Notes: generated from the sequence alone by a model not told the origin. DNA of 57,881 nt from an uncultured Planctomycetales bacterium (GCA_964499685.1 CAZCLW010000008.1:3784-61664), one strand, 5' to 3'; positions 8,876 to 19,080 are shown, counted from the stretch's first letter. A program made the numbers and translations.

Positions 8876-10736
8876 CAGCTTCTATTTTTAAAGCTTCATT
8901 CAATTCATTCTGGGCCTTTTCCCCAAAGCCCAGGTCTTTTAAGGTCTGCGCCCGGCCGCGATAGGCCTTGGCCACGACGGAATAATTCCATAATCTTGGA
9001 TCGACCGGCTTGGTTACCCATTGGTCCAGGTTCAGCTCATGGCTTTCTATGACGGCCTTGTTTTCAGGCACATCTTTAAGAAAAATGACGGCGTCATAAT
9101 CCAAATAAACGAGTTTCCATTCCGGGTTCGCATACACGGCCCTTAAAAAATCGGCCGGGACCGGTGTATCCATGATGCTTAAAAAAACACCGGTGATATT
9201 ATATGCGTTAACCTGTCGTCGAAAATTTTCCTGGTCGTTTGTATTCAGGATATTGAGATAAGCCTTAAAAAATTCTGCACCATAAACTTCCGTCCTTCCA
9301 TCTATATACACTTTGATGTCGGGATAATTATGCGCGATCAGGCGGTGCCCCGCTGCCAAATTGTTGAAAAAATTCCCGCTTATCCTATTGTCCGTTAGAA
9401 AATCCATACCCTTATGCGCGAACCGCTGATCCGACAGGTAGCCATACGATCTCTTGATCTTCAGCGAATGCAGATCAAGATACTCTTCCGGTTTCATTTT
9501 CAAGCCGGCAGCAATGATAACGATCAAGACCATCCCGATGTGCACAAAAATAGGAACGACGCATTGAACGCGTTGCCAAAACCTAGAACTGACGATGCCG
9601 GGCGGGAGGCGAACTCCGGATAAATTGACCATGAGCGACAAATACGCCGCGCACTCAAAAAACAATATATTGCGGGCTGCTTTCAGCGAAAACGCCAGGA
9701 ACAGCGACCACAATAACAAAATACGCAGATCAATGCGCCGGTAATTAAGGAGAAATCCCGCGAAAGAAACGACAATGAGCAGCTTGTAGACGGGATGAAG
9801 ATAAAAAAAGAGCGAGCGGAATGTGATGGGCGGCTGCAGCTCACCTACAAAAGAATAAAAGAATTTTGCCTTCTCATTCGCCTCCAGCATGACTTGGAAA
9901 GGATACCAGAATCCTTGGACAAAGTACGGATTGACAAAACATGCCAGGAAGACCACCGCCAAGGCGATTTTGAGCCGGCCATATTCTTTGTCGGAGAGCC
10001 GTCCGGCGGCGTTCCATTCAAAAGGCAAAGGAATACGCCGCTTGACCGCTTCCGATATCAATAGAACCAAGACCAATAGCGGCCCTAAAATAAAAAACCC
10101 ATGGATGTTTGTCCATAGGACTTGCAGAAAAAAAAGAGTGTAAACGGTCCATGTCTTTTTTAAACCGAACCATAAAAAGCCGACAAATGTTACAGTGAAC
10201 CAGAGGCTTACCACATCAGGCCGCAACATGGACTTGCCCGAGTGCCCCATGAGGATCAGGAAAAGAAACGGGACCGCTAAAAAAATCCGTTCCCGTTTAT
10301 ATGTAAGAAGCAGAAGGATGGCAAAAATAGAGACCACCAATATCATCTGCAGAAGCACCACGCTCCGGTGGCCCAAAATATCCCTCAGGGCATTAAGCCC
10401 CGTTTGCCATAACCATTCATGGTTAACCCAAGGCTGCCCTTCCATTGTAAACGAAAACACTTCCGTTTCCGGGATGCCGTTTTGGGCAATATATTTTCCC
10501 GCCTTTAAGTGGAACCAGGTGTCTTCATCGGTGACGTTGACACCGGCACGCAGGGTGATCAGGGAGAATAAAGCCCCTATGGCGATCAAACCTAACGCCC
10601 AATTCACTTTCTTGCAGGTCTCATATTTAAAAAGTGGGTTTGTCATGACTAGTGCCCGGAAGACTTCGTAATATCGGAATACTAAAAATGTACCATAAAA
10701 AAGAAAACCGCAAGCAAAATACTTGCGGTTTCTCAT
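8850..10736 (-). CDS. Large polytopic membrane protein with a soluble C-terminal domain, function unknown
   Basis: 628 aa. The N-terminal two thirds are strongly hydrophobic multi-pass. The C-terminal 200 aa or so are soluble. It overlaps the downstream gene by 26 nt. Confidence 0.45.
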   Translation of the reverse strand: MRNRKYFACGFLFYGTFLVFRYYEVFRALVMTNPLFKYETCKKVNWALGLIAIGALFSLITLRAGVNVTDEDTWFHLKAGKYIAQNGIPETEVFSFTMEGQPWVNHEWLWQTGLNALRDILGHRSVVLLQMILVVSIFAILLLLTYKRERIFLAVPFLFLILMGHSGKSMLRPDVVSLWFTVTFVGFLWFGLKKTWTVYTLFFLQVLWTNIHGFFILGPLLVLVLLISEAVKRRIPLPFEWNAAGRLSDKEYGRLKIALAVVFLACFVNPYFVQGFWYPFQVMLEANEKAKFFYSFVGELQPPITFRSLFFYLHPVYKLLIVVSFAGFLLNYRRIDLRILLLWSLFLAFSLKAARNILFFECAAYLSLMVNLSGVRLPPGIVSSRFWQRVQCVVPIFVHIGMVLIVIIAAGLKMKPEEYLDLHSLKIKRSYGYLSDQRFAHKGMDFLTDNRISGNFFNNLAAGHRLIAHNYPDIKVYIDGRTEVYGAEFFKAYLNILNTNDQENFRRQVNAYNITGVFLSIMDTPVPADFLRAVYANPEWKLVYLDYDAVIFLKDVPENKAVIESHELNLDQWVTKPVDPRLWNYSVVAKAYRGRAQTLKDLGFGEKAQNELNEALKIEAVARAAREG

Positions 10737-10759
10737 TTAATTTGGCGGAGGTAACCACC

Positions 10760-13129
10760 TTATAATTCTATATATTTCAGCCTCAGCGCATTGGTAATGA
10801 CCGAAACGGAACTGAAGCTCATGGCGGCCCCGGCAATGATGGGGCTTAAAAGTATACCGAAGAATGGATAAAGTACGCCGGCCGCGATCGGCACACCCAA
10901 AGCATTATAGATAAACGCGAAGAAAAGGTTCTGCCGGATATTTTTCATGACCGCGCGGCTCAATCGGATCGCATTGGCCAAACCGTTAAGGTCGCCTTTA
11001 ACCAGCGTCATGGAGGCGCTTTCAATGGCGACATCCGTCCCGGTGCCCATGGCAACACCCACATGCGCCGCCGCCAAGGCCGGCGCATCATTGATCCCGT
11101 CCCCGGCCATCATGACCCGCGCGCCATTGGCGCTCAGCTTGCGCACAATTTCCTGTTTGTCTTTGGGATTGAGTTCTGCGTAAACTTCATCGATATTAAG
11201 CTTCCGGGCAACGGCGTGGCCGGTCGCCTTATTATCACCGGTGAGCAGAGCGATCTTTAATCCCATCTTATGCAGCTCTTCAATCGCTTGCGGCGTGGTT
11301 GCTTTGATCGGATCGGAAATCCCGACGAGGCCCACTTCTTTCCCGTCTAAAGCGATCCAGACGACCGTTTGCGCCTGTTCCTGGAAATTTTTAGCTTCCT
11401 TTTGCAGCACCTCGGAAATTTTTATGCCGGAGACAGCTAAAAACTTTTCTTTTCCTAATAATGCCGGCTTTCCGCGGATAAACCCTTTAATGCCGCTGCC
11501 GGTCACCGACTCAAATTTTTCGACCTTTTCTAACGGGATATTTTTATCCTTGGCCGAATCCAGAATGGCTTTAGCCAAAGGATGCTCGCTGCTTTGTTCC
11601 AGCGAGGCGGCAATTTTCAACAAGTCGCTTTCGTTTGTTCCTGGAGCTGTTCTGAAGCTCACGACTTTGGGTTTGCCCTCTGTCAGGGTTCCTGTCTTGT
11701 CCGTTAAAAGATAGGTCACTTGTTCCGCCCGCTCGATCGCCTCCGCATTTTTGATCAGAATGCCTGTCTGGGCGCCTTTCCCGACACCGACCATGATCGA
11801 CATGGGTGTCGCTAAACCCAGCGCACACGGACAGGCGATGATGATGACGGCGATCGCATTCACCAAGGCAAACCCTAAACGCGGTTCGGGACCCCAAAAC
11901 ATCCAAACAATAAAGGTCAGCACCGCTATCAAAAGCACGGCCGGGACAAAAATTCCGGAAACTTTATCCGCCATGCGCTGGATCGGTGCCTGGCTGCGCT
12001 GGGCTTCCGCTACCATGTGAATGATCTGCGAAAGCAGGGTTTCGGCGCCGACTTTTTCCACCCGCATCACAAAGGTGCCGGTTTGATTGATCGTCGCGCC
12101 GATCACACGGTCCCCTTCCTTTTTCTGGACCGGAATGGGCTCGCCGGAGATCATAGACTCGTCCACAGTACTTTTCCCCTCGAGCATGATCCCGTCCAGG
12201 GGGATCTTTTCGCCCGGCTTTACGCGCAGCAGGTCGCCTTTCATGACTTTTTCAACGGCGACATCTTCCTCTTGCCCTTCTTTGACCAAATGTGCTTCTT
12301 TGGCCGCCAATCCTAAAAGCGCGCGGATCGCCTGACCGGTCCCGGCCCTCGCTTTGGCTTCTAAAAATTGGCCTAATAACACCAAGACCGTGATGACCGT
12401 GGCCGCCTCAAAGTAAAGCGGAACCTCTCCATGTTCTTTGATCGACTCGGGAAAAATCCCCGGGAGCAGGACCCCCGAGAGGCTGTAAAGGTACGCTGTA
12501 CCCACGCCGATGGAGATCAGCGTAAACATATTCAAACTTTTATTAATGATCGAATTCCATCCCCGCTTAAAAAAGATCCATCCGCCCCAGAGAACAACCG
12601 GTGTCGCGAGGATCAACTGGGCCCATCGCAAAATACCGGATGGAATCAACTCATGAAGATCGAACCCGGCCGTCATTTCATCAAGCATCAAAATGAGGAA
12701 CGGAACGGTCAGGACCGCACTGATCCAGAATTTCCGGGAGAAAAATTTAACCTCATGGTCTTCTTGAGGCGATCCCCCCGCCGGCAAGACGGGTTCCAGC
12801 GCCATGCCGCATTTGGGACAGTCCCCCGGCTTATCGGACACCACTTCCGGATGCATCGGACAGGTATACTGACCGGGCTGGGCTGATCCGGCCGATTCAG
12901 TTTTTTTTGAGGGCGCATGATGTTTGTGATCGCCCCCGCAGCAGGAATCTTTCTCTGCCTTTACCGCATGCGATTTAGGCGCGGCATGATCATGTCCTGC
13001 GTGCGGCGTTTGTTTTTCGAATTTTTCTTGGCAATGCGCACTGCAAAAGAAATAATCTTTTCCATCTCTGGTCGTTTTTAATGCTGTTGTCTCATCGACG
13101 CTCATCCCGCAGATCGGGTCTTTAGCCAT
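10760..13129 (-). CDS. copA: Copper-translocating P1B-type ATPase with non-classical N-terminal metal-binding modules
   Basis: 789 aa with [11 protein letters not shown] (CPC), [17 protein letters not shown] and TGES-like SGEP. The N-terminus has a YHS/TRASH-type DPICGMSVD...FFCSAHC, a His-rich stretch [12 protein letters not shown]...CCGGDHKHH, and YTCPMHPEV...[11 protein letters not shown]. Confidence 0.93.
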   Translation of the reverse strand: MAKDPICGMSVDETTALKTTRDGKDYFFCSAHCQEKFEKQTPHAGHDHAAPKSHAVKAEKDSCCGGDHKHHAPSKKTESAGSAQPGQYTCPMHPEVVSDKPGDCPKCGMALEPVLPAGGSPQEDHEVKFFSRKFWISAVLTVPFLILMLDEMTAGFDLHELIPSGILRWAQLILATPVVLWGGWIFFKRGWNSIINKSLNMFTLISIGVGTAYLYSLSGVLLPGIFPESIKEHGEVPLYFEAATVITVLVLLGQFLEAKARAGTGQAIRALLGLAAKEAHLVKEGQEEDVAVEKVMKGDLLRVKPGEKIPLDGIMLEGKSTVDESMISGEPIPVQKKEGDRVIGATINQTGTFVMRVEKVGAETLLSQIIHMVAEAQRSQAPIQRMADKVSGIFVPAVLLIAVLTFIVWMFWGPEPRLGFALVNAIAVIIIACPCALGLATPMSIMVGVGKGAQTGILIKNAEAIERAEQVTYLLTDKTGTLTEGKPKVVSFRTAPGTNESDLLKIAASLEQSSEHPLAKAILDSAKDKNIPLEKVEKFESVTGSGIKGFIRGKPALLGKEKFLAVSGIKISEVLQKEAKNFQEQAQTVVWIALDGKEVGLVGISDPIKATTPQAIEELHKMGLKIALLTGDNKATGHAVARKLNIDEVYAELNPKDKQEIVRKLSANGARVMMAGDGINDAPALAAAHVGVAMGTGTDVAIESASMTLVKGDLNGLANAIRLSRAVMKNIRQNLFFAFIYNALGVPIAAGVLYPFFGILLSPIIAGAAMSFSSVSVITNALRLKYIEL

Positions 13130-13145
13130 GACAATCTCCTTTTGA

Positions 13146-14420
13146 TTAGATCTTTAACCGTAAAAAGGCCATATAAGACATTGGGTTCTCCCCATAAAAA
13201 TCTTCCAACCGGTCCGGGAGGAAATGGATTCCCGCCAGCCCCCCGATACCCCACTGCATATTATTTTTTTCCGGAAAATCGTAGATATACCCGAGGGAAA
13301 CTTTGGTGACATCGAATATTTCATGCTCCAGAGGCTCCTCGGTAAAAAGTTCATTTTTTTCCACCTGTTCGATCCGGCCAAGAAGGGTATGGGTTTTATT
13401 GATATTCAATGCCGATTCTAATAAATACGCATCCAGGATGGCTCCGGGATCATTGCTGTTTTGTCCCCAGGCGAAAGTAGTTTGCCAATTGCCCCACTCA
13501 AGAGGTTTATTATATGTTGCCGAAAAACTTAAACGCTCGGTGTCAACGTGCGGATGAAGCTGCTCCGGGCTTTTTATATCCCCATAGCTCGCCTGCAGCG
13601 ACCAGTTGGGGAACGGATTGAATGTCAGCCGTCCTGAATAAGAATCGAATTCGGGCGCTTCAATGTCCCAACGCTTCTCATCGGGCTCACGCCCGCGAAA
13701 CACGGACCCCTCCACTTTGACGTTGCTCCATACATAACCGAGCGTGGCGACCCCGAAAGTGATATGGGTGGAATCGAGCCAGTGGTGAGACAACGGCGCT
13801 TCCGGAATTTCCATACCAGAAAATCGGTGCATGAAGGCCGGCGGCCCCAAAGCCGGCTCTCCGGGCAACCCGAAGTAGGCAAATACGGAACTGTCCTCAT
13901 TTAAGGGGTGGCTGTAACTCGTGGCCAATTCCATAAAAAAATCATGGGGATGCTGCCGGTCGATCAAGGGAGTCTGGCCATCCGCTGTCTCACCGGTCTG
14001 CAGTAAGAGCGGATAACCTTTTTTTCCTATCGTGATGGGTTCTAGCGAAAACATCCCGCGCAAGCCCCACGTGCCTTTTCCCAGCGGCCGCCGGCCCATG
14101 AGCATAAACATATTGGAACTGAAAAATTTCTCATCCCCGCGGTCACCCTCTTGGTAATCATAAATGCCGGTCACAAAACCGTGCGCCATCCATGACCAGT
14201 CGCCCGCCTGAAAATGGACCCCCTCGTGCGGCGATGAATCCGGCTGCCAGCTTGTCCCCGACGCTTCTCTTGCTGCAGGGTACAGACCATATAAGCCTTG
14301 CATGACATGCTCTGGTTCATCCCCGGAGGGATCGCTTATATGGTGCCTATGTTCATGCTGGGCATAGGCTGTGACGGCAAAAATCCCCGCAGCTACAATC
14401 GTTAAAAATATCTTTCTCAT
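13146..14420 (-). CDS. Secreted protein with a His-rich N-terminus, possibly an outer-membrane beta-barrel, in the copper operon
   Basis: 424 aa. Signal peptide [20 protein letters not shown] followed by [10 protein letters not shown]. Alternating aromatic/Gly-rich segments run throughout. It sits between the MerR-like gene (4-nt overlap) and copA (16-nt gap). Confidence 0.45.
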   Translation of the reverse strand: MRKIFLTIVAAGIFAVTAYAQHEHRHHISDPSGDEPEHVMQGLYGLYPAAREASGTSWQPDSSPHEGVHFQAGDWSWMAHGFVTGIYDYQEGDRGDEKFFSSNMFMLMGRRPLGKGTWGLRGMFSLEPITIGKKGYPLLLQTGETADGQTPLIDRQHPHDFFMELATSYSHPLNEDSSVFAYFGLPGEPALGPPAFMHRFSGMEIPEAPLSHHWLDSTHITFGVATLGYVWSNVKVEGSVFRGREPDEKRWDIEAPEFDSYSGRLTFNPFPNWSLQASYGDIKSPEQLHPHVDTERLSFSATYNKPLEWGNWQTTFAWGQNSNDPGAILDAYLLESALNINKTHTLLGRIEQVEKNELFTEEPLEHEIFDVTKVSLGYIYDFPEKNNMQWGIGGLAGIHFLPDRLEDFYGENPMSYMAFLRLKI

Positions 14421-14884
14421 TTTCTTCCCCCTATTCCGGTCTTGTTCCTGTTCTTTTTCTTTATTCCCTTATCCGCATCTATCTGAGGACAAATGATGAA
14501 TTCCATCTTCTTGGCTTCACCCGGCCCGATCCAACTCTGCAGTTTTTCTTCCAGGCGCTTCTTGAGAAGGGTCATTTCCCTGATCTTCAACTCGTACTCT
14601 TCGATCTTTTGATTGAAGAGCTCCCGGACCAGGCAACAGGTCGGGACCATGCCCTGACGGCTGCGGCCGAGGATCCGCCGGATATCGGCCAGTGTCAGTC
14701 CCAGCTCTTTCGCCTTCTTGATAAAGAGAAGTTTGTCGACATCACCTTGGGAATAAAGCCGGTATGCCGTCTCGGTCCTGCGCGGCCTCTTCAAGATCCG
14801 GAGCTCTTCATAAAACCGGATCGTCTTAACCGGGACCCCCGTGGCCTTGCTTAGTTCGCCTATAAAGATCCTTTGTCCTTCCAT
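14417..14884 (-). CDS. MerR-family transcriptional regulator (CueR-like by context)
   Basis: N-terminal HTH IGELSKATGVPVKTIRFYEELRIL, then YRLY and LLFIKKAKELGLTLADI. Cysteines lie in the dimerisation/effector region (VPTCCLV). It is the first gene of the operon that ends with copA. Confidence 0.85.
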   Translation of the reverse strand: MEGQRIFIGELSKATGVPVKTIRFYEELRILKRPRRTETAYRLYSQGDVDKLLFIKKAKELGLTLADIRRILGRSRQGMVPTCCLVRELFNQKIEEYELKIREMTLLKKRLEEKLQSWIGPGEAKKMEFIICPQIDADKGIKKKNRNKTGIGGRK

Positions 14885-14931
14885 GTCCGCTCCTTGGTTT
14901 TAAGACTTTGGGTGCTGTTTAACCTGACCAT

Positions 14932-14963
14932 AGTATAAACCCTCCAGTATAATGGAGAGTCAA
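14932..14963 (-). promoter_or_regulatory. MerR/CueR-type promoter: TTGACT, a 20-bp spacer containing an inverted repeat, then TATACT
   Basis: The minus strand reads TTGACT-CTCCATTATACTGGAGGGTT-TATACT. The over-long spacer contains the dyad CTCCA-N6-TGGAG (extended form ACTCTCCA/TGGAGGGT, 7 of 8 matches). It resembles the architecture of E. coli PcopA. It lies about 50 nt upstream of the MerR-like start. Confidence 0.55.
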
Positions 14964-14974
14964 GAATTTTTTTT

Positions 14975-15013
14975 TCAATAAAAAGAGCCCTGAAAAATCA
15001 TTATCAGGGCTCT
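14975..15013 (-). terminator. Rho-independent terminator after the DUF326 gene
   Basis: Perfect 10-bp stem (AGAGCCCTGA at 14984-14993, TCAGGGCTCT at 15004-15013) with a 10-nt loop. On the minus strand it is followed by TTTTTATTGAAAAA. Confidence 0.7.
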
Positions 15014-15040
15014 TTGAAAAACACCGCACGTGGCGTTCTT

Positions 15041-15385
15041 CTAATGCACTCCGGCGCCTGCCATTTCGCGGCAAGCCTCGGCGCATTCGAAACAGGCCTC
15101 GGCACATTCCTTGCAATGCTCCATTTTTTTGTGCTTTTCGCATTCTTCACCACAGGCCTGGCAAACTTCCGCGCAAAGAGCGCAGTATTTTTGAGCGAAC
15201 TCCGAACCCTTGGACATGACCGCCGCGGCGGCACGGCAGGCATCGGCACAGACACGATCAAGCTCGACGCACCTCACCATGGACTGGATATCGCTTTCAT
15301 GGAGACATTCGCCGGCGCAATGGTCACACACCATCGCACATTCATTGCAGATCTCGATGCATTCCTGATATTTTTCATGGGCCAT
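15041..15385 (-). CDS. Cysteine-rich four-helix-bundle copper-binding protein (DUF326 / Csp-like)
   Basis: 114 aa with repeated CxxxC/CxxC spacing (CIEICNECAMVCDHCAGEC, CADACRAA, CALCAEVCQACGEEC, CKECAEACFECAEAC). A strong RBS AAAGGAGG lies upstream. Confidence 0.85.
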   Translation of the reverse strand: MAHEKYQECIEICNECAMVCDHCAGECLHESDIQSMVRCVELDRVCADACRAAAAVMSKGSEFAQKYCALCAEVCQACGEECEKHKKMEHCKECAEACFECAEACREMAGAGVH

Positions 15386-15471
15386 AATGGACCTCCTTTG
15401 TTCAATTTTAATAATATGATTTCAGTATATTATTCTTTAAATTAAGAAGAGGTTAAAAATGGGTTAAGGGC

Positions 15472-16971
15472 CTAAGGAAGACAGCATATCCCGTTCTTGC
15501 CTTCTTTTTTTGCCTGATAAAGGGCCTGATCAGACTTCAAAATAAAATCACGCCCATCCAGATTCTTATGATGCGCCGAAATACCCATGCTTATAGTTAT
15601 GACCCTTTTTAATTTCAGATTCGAGACAGCCTTCCTGATTTTCTCGGCTATCACTTTTGCTTGCAATATACTTGTTTCGGGAAGAATGATAACAAATTCA
15701 TCTCCGGCATAACGGCAGAATATATCAACCTCGCGTAAACTGCGGCTGACCATCATGGCGATCTTTTTGAGCACCTTATCGCCTTCGAGATGTCCATGGA
15801 CATCGTTGTAGGATTTAAAGTCATCAATATCAAACATTAAAAGACAAGCCGGCCTGTTATACCTGAAAGAACGGTCGACTTCCTGCTTTAAAGTCTGCAT
15901 AAAGTAACGATGATTGTAGATCCCGGTCAGCGAGTCTTTTGTGGACAGGTATTCCAGTTCACGACAATAATTCGCATTCTCGATGGCAATAGCGGCCTGC
16001 TGAATGATCATGGCAAGAATTTTTGAATCCTTTTGTGTAAAAATATCCTCCCCCTGAGGACCCTTATCATTTACATTAAGAACACCGATGGTCTTATTAT
16101 GCAATTTAATCGGAAGGCTCAAGAACGATTTGCTTTTATAAGAAGCCCTGCTCTTCCTGGCAATGCCCGGCTCGGTCTCTATATTTGCCACCACCATCGG
16201 ATTTCCATCCTTGGCCACCACCCCCGCAATTGATTCTCCAAGTTTTACACGCGTATGACTGACGACGTGTTCCTCCAGTCCTTTTGCCCCTTTTATAATA
16301 AGCTCCCTGGAGTCATCATCCAACACCATCAATGAACAGCGCTGGGCATCCAATATCTGAACCACCTTTTCAATGATAAAGTCGATGAGATGATGCAATT
16401 CGAGGATGGAACTGATGCGCTGATCAATATTGAGGACCTGTTCGAGTTTTTGTTCTTCACTTGACAATTCTTTATGTAAGGCCTTGAGGTCATTTTCGGC
16501 CTTTTTGCGAGCCGTTATGTCCACACCCGACACGAGGATGCAGTGCGGCTTGCCCTCTTCTTGGAACAGGAGCTGAGAGGATGAAAATAATACGGTTTTA
16601 ACCGACCCATCTTTGGCATAAATACCTACTTCCAGATCAACTGTTTCCCCTCCTTCAAAACCTTTCTCAAACTGAGACAAGAACGCTTTCCGTTTATCCG
16701 GAATAATAAATTTAATAAGCGAATTATTTACAACTTCATGCTTGCGATAACCCAATTCCTCCAGAAATGCCTTATTGACGTTTTCGATCTTACCGTCCAA
16801 GCCAATGATCACACTAAAGGCAAGGTTTCTGTCAAACAGGAAGTTGTTTCTCTCTTTAATGTTTTCAACATATAGCCGCAGCGATGCCAATTCACCGGAA
16901 AGCTGATTTTTAGCTTTCTGCTCATTCTTATTCATAAATTTTATTGTAGCGCTTATCGCAGGAGACAACAA
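15472..16971 (-). CDS. PAS-GAF-GGDEF diguanylate cyclase
   Basis: 499 aa. It has a PAS-like segment, a GAF-like segment (SLMVLDDDSRELIIKGAKG...LSLPI...GVLNV), and a GGDEF domain with the RYAGDEF active site and a RxxD-like upstream context. The true start may be the internal MNKNEQ at 16935. Confidence 0.9.
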   Translation of the reverse strand: MLSPAISATIKFMNKNEQKAKNQLSGELASLRLYVENIKERNNFLFDRNLAFSVIIGLDGKIENVNKAFLEELGYRKHEVVNNSLIKFIIPDKRKAFLSQFEKGFEGGETVDLEVGIYAKDGSVKTVLFSSSQLLFQEEGKPHCILVSGVDITARKKAENDLKALHKELSSEEQKLEQVLNIDQRISSILELHHLIDFIIEKVVQILDAQRCSLMVLDDDSRELIIKGAKGLEEHVVSHTRVKLGESIAGVVAKDGNPMVVANIETEPGIARKSRASYKSKSFLSLPIKLHNKTIGVLNVNDKGPQGEDIFTQKDSKILAMIIQQAAIAIENANYCRELEYLSTKDSLTGIYNHRYFMQTLKQEVDRSFRYNRPACLLMFDIDDFKSYNDVHGHLEGDKVLKKIAMMVSRSLREVDIFCRYAGDEFVIILPETSILQAKVIAEKIRKAVSNLKLKRVITISMGISAHHKNLDGRDFILKSDQALYQAKKEGKNGICCLP

Positions 16972-16974
16972 TAC

Positions 16975-17010
16975 AATAAAAAAGACAACTCATCTAGATG
17001 AGTTGTCTTT
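16975..17010 (-). terminator. Rho-independent terminator directly downstream of the displaced tmRNA 3' fragment, probably the ancestral ssrA terminator
   Basis: Perfect 13-bp stem (AAAGACAACTCAT at 16981-16993, ATGAGTTGTCTTT at 16998-17010) with a 4-nt loop. On the minus strand it is followed by a T-run (TTTTTTATTG). Confidence 0.6.
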
Positions 17011-17013
17011 AAT

Positions 17014-17030
17014 TGGTGGAGGTGCCGGGG
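17014..17030. repeat. Distal attachment-site repeat: a 17-bp copy of the tmRNA 3' acceptor end
   Basis: TGGTGGAGGTGCCGGGG is identical to 27147-27163. On the minus strand it reads CCCCGGCACCTCCACCA. Confidence 0.75.
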
Positions 17031-17115
17031 GCAGAGAAAACAATAGTTAGAAACATCTACCCTGTAAACACTTATAAAGATTATAAAACATTCCAACACC
17101 ATTTCCACCACCAAT

Positions 17116-17925
17116 TTACTTATCGAACTTCGATTTGACTTTAATTAACCACTTAAATGAATAATCCTTACTCCATTCTAACACTCGATCCAGCATATAT
17201 TGATATATGAAAACTTCGTCGTACTGACTCTTCGAAAGGGCATCATTTAATTCGTTAAACCCCTTTAAATCTTCGACATAAACAATACCCATATTTTGTG
17301 AAATAGTATGCCCGCTAACGATTAAAAGCCAAGTTTGATCATACCCATCGCCTACTGATTTACTTTTTGCTTTTACAATGTTTATAAGCTCTACCTCATT
17401 CAAACCAACCATTCCTCCTGAATGATTCCACTCCCATGTGTAGTAACAATTAACCTTGGCAATTCTCACAAATTTTAAATACTCTGTCAATAAACTCTTG
17501 TCCGGTGGCTCGAAATCTTGATGAAACCCTGAAACATCTTTTAATTTTTCTTTTACAAATGAGAGCAATTGATTAGCAAACTCCCGGTGTTCTCTTTTAG
17601 GTGGCACTTTGAGCTTACTAAATCGAAGATAACAAGCGATGTCATCGAATTCATTATAAGCTTTACGTTCCTGTGAAATAGCATCTTGAAGCTTCTTCCA
17701 AGTTTCTTCAATACTACGACGAGGAATTCCTCCTTCACCTGTAGCATCAGAGTGAAATTCTGTTATTTCGGTGGCTATCTTTTTCTTTTGTGGAGAAACA
17801 ATAATATAGTCTGGAGGATCATCTCCTCTGGCAATACTGGAATCGTTCCAATTGATTAATGACAAAAAATTCTTAAGATAGAATTCTTCGTCATGTTCTT
17901 GACTAATTTTATTCTGGCTTGTCAT
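17116..17925 (-). CDS. Hypothetical protein at the island edge, with a weak PD-(D/E)xK-like signature
   Basis: 269 aa. The N-terminal region reads DDPPDYIIV...ATEITEFHSD, which could be a D...ExT/K nuclease-like core. The rest is not recognisable. Confidence 0.4.
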   Translation of the reverse strand: MTSQNKISQEHDEEFYLKNFLSLINWNDSSIARGDDPPDYIIVSPQKKKIATEITEFHSDATGEGGIPRRSIEETWKKLQDAISQERKAYNEFDDIACYLRFSKLKVPPKREHREFANQLLSFVKEKLKDVSGFHQDFEPPDKSLLTEYLKFVRIAKVNCYYTWEWNHSGGMVGLNEVELINIVKAKSKSVGDGYDQTWLLIVSGHTISQNMGIVYVEDLKGFNELNDALSKSQYDEVFIYQYMLDRVLEWSKDYSFKWLIKVKSKFDK

Positions 17926-17935
17926 CGCATTCCTT

Positions 17936-19012
17936 TTATATTCTAGTAGAGGCTAAAACTTTCTTTCGACCAACTTCTGTTGAAAACGAGTAATGTTTGA
18001 GCAATACATTGATATCAGTGTGGCCGGTAATGCCCATAACATCCTTTAGGGCTAAACCGTCTCGGGCTGCTTCGGTTACTAAAGACCTTCTAAAGTCGTG
18101 AGGCGTAATCCGTCTGTCGATGATTTCTTGACTAATCCTAACAAGGTAGTTCCTGTAGTGGTCCGCTTTAATTTTGTTGCGCTTAGAATTATAAAAAAGC
18201 CATTGGGTTTCGGAACCATCTGCTAAAAAAACCTTAATTACCTTGGCTAAGTCTGCATCAATAGATTCTAAAACAAAATCCTTCTTATTTTTTCTAATAG
18301 CTGCTTCCAGTTTTATTGATATCGGCTCTTTCCCTTCCATCTCAATGTTATATCTTTTGATACTGAGGGTTTCTTCTATTCGCCAGCCTAACCTCATTAG
18401 AAAGTAGGTTACACCGAAATAGCAGGGTCTATCCACCTTAACAAAATCTAGTAAAGCTATTTTATCCTCTTTGCTTATAGGAGTAAAACTTTTGCTACTA
18501 TATTCTGGTCTCTTAATATCTTCCAAGAATTCTGTTATTCCCTTTTCACAATAACCCAAACGCGCCAGACGTCGAATAATTGCTTTAAGCGTTCCTAATT
18601 CTGAACGCCAGCCGGCTATTCTTTTAAGATCCATCGTTACATAGTTCTTGTATTCGTATAAACACTCTAGCCTGAGGTCAGTGAGTCTTTTAATTATCGG
18701 ATATCTTGATGGAAGAAAGGTCAAAAAAAATAGGTCAAATGTGCTACGACTCCTATTTCGGGTTTTATATGCCAGACTGTCTGACTCCATATCTCTTATC
18801 AATTGGTTCCTCAGAACATTAAAGTCAGCGTTCAACTTATTATGATTATTAGATTGGAAGCTTGATAAATATTCATCCATTAACTTTATTTTAATATTGT
18901 AAGCCTCTCGAAATGAAAGAGCCCTAACGCGCCGCTGATACCGCTTCATGCCTTTACCAAGCCTAAAGTTTATTTCGTAAACACCTTTAGCAATTTTTCT
19001 TACGCCATCCAT
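17936..19012 (-). CDS. int: Tyrosine recombinase / phage-type integrase
   Basis: 358 aa. The C-terminal catalytic domain has GWRIEETLSI (Arg I), HDFRRSLVT (HxxR) and GHTDINVLLKHYSF (His...Tyr). Confidence 0.9.
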   Translation of the reverse strand: MDGVRKIAKGVYEINFRLGKGMKRYQRRVRALSFREAYNIKIKLMDEYLSSFQSNNHNKLNADFNVLRNQLIRDMESDSLAYKTRNRSRSTFDLFFLTFLPSRYPIIKRLTDLRLECLYEYKNYVTMDLKRIAGWRSELGTLKAIIRRLARLGYCEKGITEFLEDIKRPEYSSKSFTPISKEDKIALLDFVKVDRPCYFGVTYFLMRLGWRIEETLSIKRYNIEMEGKEPISIKLEAAIRKNKKDFVLESIDADLAKVIKVFLADGSETQWLFYNSKRNKIKADHYRNYLVRISQEIIDRRITPHDFRRSLVTEAARDGLALKDVMGITGHTDINVLLKHYSFSTEVGRKKVLASTRI

Positions 19013-19029
19013 CCCTTATCTCCATAAAA

Positions 19030-19080
19030 TAAAAAGGAACACCTTTGAATCAGGACTCCCAATCCTGATAAGTGTGTTCC
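19030..19080 (-). terminator. Hairpin plus T-tract between the small ORF and the integrase gene
   Basis: Outer arms are GGAACAC (19036-19042) and GTGTTCC (19074-19080). Inner arms are ATCAGGA and TCCTGAT. On the minus strand it is followed by TTTTTATTTTAT. Confidence 0.5.
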
